DNA of 61,770 nucleotides from an uncultured Candidatus Saccharibacteria bacterium (GTDB lineage Bacteria; Patescibacteriota; Saccharimonadia; Saccharimonadales; AWTP1-31): positions 1 to 61,770 of the forward strand of contig CAZXTE010000005.1 of the NCBI GenBank assembly GCA_964643545.1, in the 5' to 3' direction. Positions 53,572 to 60,113 of this stretch are shown piece after piece. The translations under genes were made by a program, and so were the position numbers. The first letter of the stretch is position 1; each line of letters opens with the position of its first letter. The notes beneath the pieces are model-generated. The model searched no databases, was not told the origin of the DNA, and worked only from the letters and a program-made list of their open reading frames with translations.

Positions 53572-55783
53572 TTATTCTCTTTTGGTTTACAAGTCGGGCT
53601 AGTAGTTTACTTTCAATTTGCCGTACACGTTCTCGTGTCAGGCCAAGAAACTTGCTAGTGTCTTCAAGAGTCATACCTTTACCGTTTACTAATGCCCAGC
53701 CAAGTGCATCCTCATAAGCGATCTCAGTTCCATTCAGCTCAATAGTTCGCCCCATCAACGAGCTGATGAGTAGACCGAACCGTGCGCTTAGGATGAACTT
53801 ATCACGGGGTGTAAGCCCAGAGTTCTCAATTAGCTCTTCAACTTTTCGCTGATCTTCAATATCTTTCAGATATTCCTCTAGGTCTCCTTCACCGGAGCCA
53901 GCAACATAATCTTCTACATATGACTCGCCAGCTTCTGAGCCTTTTGCTGCTTTAACTCGAATCGGCTCATTAAGGGATACGCTACTTGCATCAATTCTAC
54001 CGACTCTAGTTAAGTGCTCGACTGCCTCCTTGGTAAACTCACCCTCTGAAGCTTCGGCTATCTCCTCGTCAGTCACACTTCGTCCGAGCTTTACTTGTAG
54101 TTTGCTCCGAATACCACCTACCTTATATATCTTGTCCAGCATATGAACAGGTATGCGTATAGTCTTGTCTTCGTTAGCAATTGCACGTCTGATGTGCTGA
54201 TCAACCCACTGGGTTGCATAAGTGCTAAACTTCCAGCCTTTATCTGGATCGAATGTTTCAATAGCACGTGCCACACCCATAGTGCCTTCTTGAATTCTAG
54301 CCATTAAATCCATTGTTTTACTGGCGTAGTTAAGTCTTTTTGCGCGATCAACAGCCAGACGCATATTACATACGATGAGCACCTGACGGGCAGCAACTGC
54401 ATCCTGTACTTGGTGAAGTATCTCTGGATCTGTACTAAGTAGGTTTGGGTCTAAATCAATTTTATCCTGCGCCTCAATTCCGGTAGCAATAGCCCCAAAC
54501 AAAGTAACCTCTTCTTCTGCAGTCAGAAGTCTATACTGAGCAATCTCTTGTAAGTATCTGCCGATTGGATCGGACATTGGACTTTTGTGTGGGACTACAC
54601 TAGTTCGATAAGCGTCAACAAACCTACGAACCCGACGACTATCTTGATAGAGCACTACCATGCGCTGGATCGCAGTGGCATTTTCAGCAATTTTTTCTTC
54701 GTCTAGTGTTGGAGGAGCCTCGTTTGACTCAGCTTCAAGCGCAGCCCTAGAAGGTGTAGTTATTCGTTTCTGATACTCTCGGCGAGGACGACGTTTAACA
54801 ATCTCGCCTGCAAGTACATCACTGTCGGTCGGGATATAATCTGGGCTGTTAGGATCGCGCCCATCTTCGAGCACAAGATTCGGGTTTACGATATACCGTG
54901 TCCCTCGAGCTGCACCAGTCTTTTTGAATAGTTCAATCCCCGCTGTGGAGTTTAGCTTCTCAATTAAGCCATTCATGGCTTTTGAGAAAGTTCCAGCGAT
55001 AGAACCATCGCTACTTGCCTCTGGGTAAAATCCGAAAGCACGTAGTTCTCCACCTGTACGCACACCATCCCTAAGCATGAGCATAGCGTTAAACAAGTAC
55101 AGTTCGTGTTTATCCAATGTGAGTACACGATCACCTAGTCTAACGTGATTGTTTCCAGCCACCGTAAGCTTAATAACAGGAGCACCTTCAAGAAGCTGGA
55201 TAGCAGGAAAAGCTTCCAAGTCACAAACTCGTTTGTACAGATCACGCTCCACGACCTCTCGCTCTTCAGAACTTCCTGCAGATTCAGGAGAAGCTGAGTC
55301 GCCACTAGCTTGAGGAGGTTGTGTATCAAGTACCGTATCTTGAGCCAGCACCGGCTGCGCTGTAGGTTCTTGTCCCCCCCCCATTGGATTTGTTACAGCT
55401 GGCACCTCACTCACAGAAGGTTCGGTGATAGCAGTATCTTGTACTGGCACTTCGGTGTTGCTCGTAGGACGTCCAGGAGGTAATGCAGGCTGCTCAACAG
55501 GCTCGTCAACTAACCGCGGAGCACCGCCGTTCATATGAATGTTTAGACCAGCGAGTGGCGCAATATCTTTCAGTAGATCAACTGAAATTCCTGCAATCGT
55601 TATGAGGCTGCCTGCGATTTCTGTTAGGCGTTCTACAGTATCTTGGTCTGGCGCCCCACCTTGATCAAGATAAATATCAACCAGTTCTAATCCAACAACT
55701 TTTGCAAGTTGCGTGATTGCTGCTTCAGTGTTTGCAACGCGATCAGCAGCCGCGCCCAACAACGAGTCCGGGAGTTCACTCAT
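53549..55783 (-). CDS. Primary-like sigma-70 family factor with a long N-terminal extension
   Basis: 744 aa. The C-terminal 340 aa or so carry region 1.2 (DPIGRYLQEIAQYRLLTAEEE), region 2 (IQEGTMGVARAIETFDPDKGWKFSTYATQWVDQHIRRAI), IRIPVHM, and region 4.2 (LGLTRERVRQIESKLLARL). Confidence 0.85.
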   Translation of the reverse strand: MSELPDSLLGAAADRVANTEAAITQLAKVVGLELVDIYLDQGGAPDQDTVERLTEIAGSLITIAGISVDLLKDIAPLAGLNIHMNGGAPRLVDEPVEQPALPPGRPTSNTEVPVQDTAITEPSVSEVPAVTNPMGGGQEPTAQPVLAQDTVLDTQPPQASGDSASPESAGSSEEREVVERDLYKRVCDLEAFPAIQLLEGAPVIKLTVAGNNHVRLGDRVLTLDKHELYLFNAMLMLRDGVRTGGELRAFGFYPEASSDGSIAGTFSKAMNGLIEKLNSTAGIELFKKTGAARGTRYIVNPNLVLEDGRDPNSPDYIPTDSDVLAGEIVKRRPRREYQKRITTPSRAALEAESNEAPPTLDEEKIAENATAIQRMVVLYQDSRRVRRFVDAYRTSVVPHKSPMSDPIGRYLQEIAQYRLLTAEEEVTLFGAIATGIEAQDKIDLDPNLLSTDPEILHQVQDAVAARQVLIVCNMRLAVDRAKRLNYASKTMDLMARIQEGTMGVARAIETFDPDKGWKFSTYATQWVDQHIRRAIANEDKTIRIPVHMLDKIYKVGGIRSKLQVKLGRSVTDEEIAEASEGEFTKEAVEHLTRVGRIDASSVSLNEPIRVKAAKGSEAGESYVEDYVAGSGEGDLEEYLKDIEDQRKVEELIENSGLTPRDKFILSARFGLLISSLMGRTIELNGTEIAYEDALGWALVNGKGMTLEDTSKFLGLTRERVRQIESKLLARLVNQKRIIGSSYDD

Positions 55784-55886
55784 AATATCTGGGGTATTTT
55801 CTCATATAAGGCACCCTATGTCAATTATTCTACCTCTGTACATACATAATAATACTTATGCTTCTTGTTTGTCATAAAATAGGTAG

Positions 55887-56378
55887 CTAACTTAGTAAAA
55901 CTTCAGGGAAATCCAACGAATCTTTAAGTTGGAAATGAGAGTTTGTCTCGCCCTCATTACGTTCAAAAGAAACTTCAAACTCATCTCTTACTACTGCACG
56001 TATGATCCGCCAGTTTTTTGGAGTAAAAATCCTGGGTGGTACATCAAAACCGTTATTCTCGTGATCATCAACAAGAGTAGCTAAACGTTGTGTACCTACG
56101 AGTAGCTGGTCACGAATGCCGTGGTTTGGATTGCCGCTTATCCAACTCGTGGCATAGAAAAGTTCCCAAGTGGGTGAATGCCCCATATCACGAGCTAAAT
56201 ACACTACGGTGGTGCCAAAGGTACGACTTGCGTTCTGTGGTGCTACACCAATATCCAAACATGCATTGCGGAAATCTGTAAGATCCAAATGTTCGCCAGT
56301 TTCAAGCAATTCTGGTACTTCATCTGGTGTTGCATAGTATAAACCTGGAGCCAATTCACCTGGAGTTAAAGTGTTCAT
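55887..56378 (-). CDS. Hypothetical protein
   Basis: 163 aa, last gene of a tightly packed four-gene minus-strand operon. It overlaps the upstream gene by 4 nt. Confidence 0.55.
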   Translation of the reverse strand: MNTLTPGELAPGLYYATPDEVPELLETGEHLDLTDFRNACLDIGVAPQNASRTFGTTVVYLARDMGHSPTWELFYATSWISGNPNHGIRDQLLVGTQRLATLVDDHENNGFDVPPRIFTPKNWRIIRAVVRDEFEVSFERNEGETNSHFQLKDSLDFPEVLLS

Positions 56379-56671
56379 TGTATTTTGTTCCTAGAAGATT
56401 CTAATAATTCACGATGCCGCAGGTTGTCTCGCTTACTTTTACGAGAACTTCGCCTAATCAGACGATACGGTACTACCCAAAGACCAAAAATCATATACCA
56501 GCAGAAGACAAGCGTCCAGACCATTGCAATAAGGACTAAAGCTAGAGGCATAAACAATAACTTCAGTATCACATTATCTGTGTTAGTAATCTTCCAAATA
56601 CGGGCCGCTGAACCAGAAAAAGACATTGGTGCAGATACTATTACTTTTTCGGAAGCTGGTTTATTACTCAT
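56375..56671 (-). CDS. Small membrane protein
   Basis: 98 aa with two adjacent TM helices (LKLLFMPLALVLIAMVWTLVFCWYMIFGLWVVPY) and a basic tail. Confidence 0.55.
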   Translation of the reverse strand: MSNKPASEKVIVSAPMSFSGSAARIWKITNTDNVILKLLFMPLALVLIAMVWTLVFCWYMIFGLWVVPYRLIRRSSRKSKRDNLRHRELLESSRNKIQ

Positions 56672-56673
56672 AG

Positions 56674-57816
56674 TTAGTTAGATTGTAGCAGCTTGATCGT
56701 CGGTTCATACTCTTCGGCTTTTACACTGCCGTATCGCATAATATGAAGTGCATCGAACCATAGCTCTTTTTGCTCCTGGATTGCTGCATATGTCTCTTGT
56801 GGGTCTTCTCTGCGATATCCAGCAATCAAAACCATTAAACCCTCCAAGCATATAGCATGAGCTTCGTTGGCAGTAAGGTCGGATCGTTCTAGAAGAGCTT
56901 CCACAGTACCCGCAAATGACCGGAATGCTACAGTAAGATCAAGTGCTTTAGATAGATCAGCATCTTTAGGCTCTATATCATTCGCTGTCTCCCAATCAGC
57001 CACATATATAAGATTGTCACCATTAGCAGTTTCAAGGGCTAGAACATTACCAAGTGTTAGTTGGTTATGCACCAATCCATCAGCATGAATATCCGCTGCC
57101 ACTTCTCCAGTAAGCGAGAGGTTTTGCATAATTCCAGGCATGTACATGGCCAGTGCTTCACGCAACAATTCTGGTCGTTGAGCTACTGCATTAAAGATTG
57201 GAATGACAAGTGCCGTATCAGTACGTTCACCAAGCTGAGGCACAGCAAATAGTAATGCCGTTGCATTGCCGCCCTGACCGTCGGAAAGACCAGTGAACTC
57301 GTATTTACCAAGTACCTTAGGTACTATGAGAATATCACTTGGGATTTTGCTAGCACGAACAGTCATAGCTAGTTTGCGATCCGCCAACTCTTGCGGATAA
57401 GAACCCATTGGAGAATGATCGTTTCGCTCGACTAACTTTCCATCTTCAGCAACATGATATGAATGGGTGAACTGTTTCTCCGTTTGCGCTGGAGGAAGGA
57501 TCTCTCTAGGAGCATTCGGATCTCTAAATGCAATGCCGTGAGTCGTATCCTTGTTACTCTCAATGCCCATAGAGATGAAAGCGCCACCTGATATTTGTAC
57601 AGCGTCATAGCCAGTTGGCCTCGGTTCCACCATCGCAATGGTCGCGTTTCGTCCACCTGCATGATAGACATTATCAGTAAAGGAACCGTCATGCGCCAAA
57701 AAACTCATAACACGGGCAACGTCTTCTTGGCCCATGAACTTTTCAATATCTTCTCGTAGTGCTAGCTGACCATCTAGTTGTGATTTTGGTGCTAGCGTAG
57801 GATCAAGCTCGGCCAT
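56674..57816 (-). CDS. Protein-kinase-like (APH/choline-kinase-type) fold protein with Gln at the catalytic Asp position
   Basis: 380 aa. GLVHNQLTLGNVLA...LIYVADWETA parallels the HxDLxxxNiL ... (I/V)DWE catalytic and Mg-binding segments of APH/ChoK kinases, but reads HNQ instead of H(G/N)D. Confidence 0.45.
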   Translation of the reverse strand: MAELDPTLAPKSQLDGQLALREDIEKFMGQEDVARVMSFLAHDGSFTDNVYHAGGRNATIAMVEPRPTGYDAVQISGGAFISMGIESNKDTTHGIAFRDPNAPREILPPAQTEKQFTHSYHVAEDGKLVERNDHSPMGSYPQELADRKLAMTVRASKIPSDILIVPKVLGKYEFTGLSDGQGGNATALLFAVPQLGERTDTALVIPIFNAVAQRPELLREALAMYMPGIMQNLSLTGEVAADIHADGLVHNQLTLGNVLALETANGDNLIYVADWETANDIEPKDADLSKALDLTVAFRSFAGTVEALLERSDLTANEAHAICLEGLMVLIAGYRREDPQETYAAIQEQKELWFDALHIMRYGSVKAEEYEPTIKLLQSN

Positions 57817-57825
57817 ACTTAGAGC

Positions 57826-58104
57826 CTATTCAGGTTTGTGATCAAAAGCGCCAGCTTCTCGCTGAATCAAGAAAAGAGCCGTTAGGGCTTTAGTATCAAG
57901 CTCGTCAATCTGTCCGATTGATCCATCTAATACTTTTTGAGCGGTTTCAAGTCGCAGGGTTACTTCTGCTCCAGCTACAAGCATAGCTTCGTCTGTCATT
58001 GGATTATCAGCACCGACTGAATCCATCATCATTGATTCTAAAAGGTCGCTTGCGGTTAGGTCACCAAGACCATCGCCAGAACCAGTAATTGCTTCACCTG
58101 CCAT
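57826..58104 (-). CDS. Small acidic hypothetical protein
   Basis: 92 aa, first gene of the operon. A near-consensus promoter lies immediately upstream. Confidence 0.5.
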   Translation of the reverse strand: MAGEAITGSGDGLGDLTASDLLESMMMDSVGADNPMTDEAMLVAGAEVTLRLETAQKVLDGSIGQIDELDTKALTALFLIQREAGAFDHKPE

Positions 58105-58113
58105 AATTTGTAA

Positions 58114-58142
58114 ATATTACCACTTTACATACTATTAGTCAA
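58114..58142 (-). promoter_or_regulatory. Near-consensus sigma-70 promoter, possibly giving a leaderless mRNA
   Basis: Minus strand reads TTGACT (58142-58137), a 17-nt spacer, then TAATAT (58119-58114). Only 9 nt separate the -10 from the ATG at 58104. Confidence 0.55.
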
Positions 58143-58235
58143 ATATCTCTCACCATAAAGAAAGGCTTCTGTAACCTCGCAAGGAAACACAAACCTCTCT
58201 TGTTTACATAGTATCAAATAAACATAAGCTTCAAA

Positions 58236-58284
58236 CTTCTTTTTCCTTAGAAAAAGAAGGAGCCTCTAAAGCGTTCCGCTTTAG
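58236..58284 (-). terminator. Two tandem hairpins downstream of 58301..58888
   Basis: CTAAAGCG-ttc-CGCTTTAG (58266-58284, 8-bp stem) and CTTCTTTTTC-ctta-GAAAAAGAAG (58236-58259, 10-bp stem). On the minus strand the second hairpin is followed by TTTG. Confidence 0.45.
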
Positions 58285-58300
58285 CGCCTACAAATTAACG

Positions 58301-58888
58301 CTACATTTCTATAGTTTGCATCTTCTTATGCTTTGAGCTGTATTGTCGCAGTGCCAGAGTTGCCATTGTCAGATTGAAGACGAGGAAGTAAAGTGCAAAT
58401 ACATAGTTTTTCAAGGAGCTTTTGTCGGCTGTCATAACTGCGATACCACTCGCTATAGCAAAGAATGTCCAAAACAATACGTTCTCGGCACTAGCACGTT
58501 TAATAACGCCTCGTAATGTTGGGATGCCACCAATAAAGTGAGCCAGTAAACTGATAAATAGGTTAATCGCTGGATAGTTGCCAAAGAGCCATATTGCACC
58601 ACTGACCATCAACAAGGCTGAAGCTATCTTTTCTGTTTTTCCAAATTCAAATATCGAATACTTCAGTGAGGCTAAAAGGATACAAAGGCTACCAAGGGTT
58701 TGCATAAGACTAAGTGCCACGACGTCTTTACCATTACCTAGCCGTATAACTCCCACCAAAGCATTTACAGCTAATAAGAACCAGATAATCCGAGAGTATA
58801 GGCTAGGTTTGTATTGACCCTTAAGAACTGCCCTTACCCCAGTAAAGTATGAAGCTAGTGAGAAAAATGCAATAAGTAAGAGTGCCAT
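58301..58888 (-). CDS. Polytopic membrane protein (about 6 TM), unknown function
   Basis: 195 aa, hydrophobic throughout. Confidence 0.6.
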   Translation of the reverse strand: MALLLIAFFSLASYFTGVRAVLKGQYKPSLYSRIIWFLLAVNALVGVIRLGNGKDVVALSLMQTLGSLCILLASLKYSIFEFGKTEKIASALLMVSGAIWLFGNYPAINLFISLLAHFIGGIPTLRGVIKRASAENVLFWTFFAIASGIAVMTADKSSLKNYVFALYFLVFNLTMATLALRQYSSKHKKMQTIEM

Positions 58889-58897
58889 CGTAACTGA

Positions 58898-59689
58898 TTA
58901 TAACGTAATGAGTGCTGCTGGATGCAGAACATCCGTCCATACAGCCTTTTCTGTGCCGGCTAGAGCCTTCAGAGTCGTGGTGAGGATAGTGATTTCATCT
59001 TCCATGCCGGTAGCGTCAAGTGTTTTGGTTGCATACTCTACAAACCCGTCTTCTGCTCTAGCATCGGCTAGAACAAAGCAAAGGTCTGGGTACACATCTT
59101 CTTCCCAATCTCCGTCATCATAATGCTCTAAAAGCTCAGATAGTCTCTTACGAGCACTTATTGGTGGCTTGTCATGCCAGAGCTCTATAAAGTATTGATT
59201 CGTCCTGGTATCGGATTTAGGAGTTCTGTTTAAGAAAAGATCTGGTTGGGATTCTGGAAAGGTATCAAAACTGGCTAGCTCAGTTCGAGCGAAGATGTCG
59301 AATGTATTAGGGTAGTTGTTGTTCAGGTGGAGGTAGGCGCTTGTCACGTCTATTTGGTGGTCTATAAAGCCCTCCGTAACGGATTTGTTTTTGTACATGC
59401 TGTGTAGGACATGTTCGTTGAGTTGAAGATTATCTTTCAGAAACTTGAGGCCTTTAGGTGCTAGGTAATAGCGAGCACCTTTGCCCAGCAACTTATAACT
59501 CGCATTATAGTGACTACCTAAATAGTCTTGATCCTTTAATACTTCCAATGATTTATGACTAGCAACATGACTAATCTTTTTATAACTAGCTAGAAAATTG
59601 TTTGTAATGAAACGAAACTTGTATAAGGTTTTGAGTAATTGGATTTGATTGGTATTGAGAGTATATCTCTTGGTTGGCTTGCTCATCAA
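58898..59689 (-). CDS. Replication-relaxation (Replic_Relax)-like wHTH protein, tentative
   Basis: 263 aa. The N-terminus LNTNQIQLLKTLYKFRFITNNFLASY...SHKSLEVLKDQDYLG follows the pattern Lt..q..iL..L..hRf.t..ql......a.r.L..L of this family. An AAGGAC Shine-Dalgarno lies upstream. Confidence 0.4.
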   Translation of the reverse strand: MMSKPTKRYTLNTNQIQLLKTLYKFRFITNNFLASYKKISHVASHKSLEVLKDQDYLGSHYNASYKLLGKGARYYLAPKGLKFLKDNLQLNEHVLHSMYKNKSVTEGFIDHQIDVTSAYLHLNNNYPNTFDIFARTELASFDTFPESQPDLFLNRTPKSDTRTNQYFIELWHDKPPISARKRLSELLEHYDDGDWEEDVYPDLCFVLADARAEDGFVEYATKTLDATGMEDEITILTTTLKALAGTEKAVWTDVLHPAALITL

Positions 59690-59801
59690 ATATTGTCCTT
59701 GGCTCTCCCCACACTTCTTCTTTTATCTCTCTATAGTATATAGAATAGAAGGAGAATATATAAGAGTAATATAGCCTGTTAAATAATGTCAAAATAGTTA
59801 A

Positions 59802-59878
59802 TATCGGTATAAACCTTTCTTGTGGATAAGTATCAACAGAATCTACTTGAAACTATACCGATAGAGATAGTATACTAT
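59802..59878. promoter_or_regulatory. Inverted repeats and palindrome overlapping a promoter upstream of the recombinase module
   Basis: 10-bp inverted repeat TATCGGTATA (59802-59811) / TATACCGATA (59854-59863). Perfect 12-bp palindrome ATAGTATACTAT (59867-59878). Promoter TTGAAA (59847-59852), an 18-nt spacer, then TATACT (59871-59876). A further ATAGTATA copy sits at about 59733. Confidence 0.5.
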
Positions 59879-59918
59879 ACCCACAAAGATAGTTCTAAAC
59901 AGTTATGAGGGTACAGTA

Positions 59919-60113
59919 ATGACTAGAACCAAAGGGGCGAAAAACAAGAATACAGACGCACTGCCTCACTACGCGAAACTGCCAGTTGAGGAACGATTAC
60001 AGTTCTTAGCAACACTTATAGTTGACCGTATACAGTCTGACCAACAGTCAGGCAGCAAGCTGCTTAAACAAGCGGAGAGACAAAAGGATGCAAGACCAAA
60101 CCTATTTGCCTAA
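59919..60113 (+). CDS. Small basic protein upstream of and overlapping the recombinase gene (possible directionality or accessory factor)
   Basis: 64 aa. It overlaps the recombinase start by 26 nt. No motif recognised. Confidence 0.4.
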   Translation: MTRTKGAKNKNTDALPHYAKLPVEERLQFLATLIVDRIQSDQQSGSKLLKQAERQKDARPNLFA

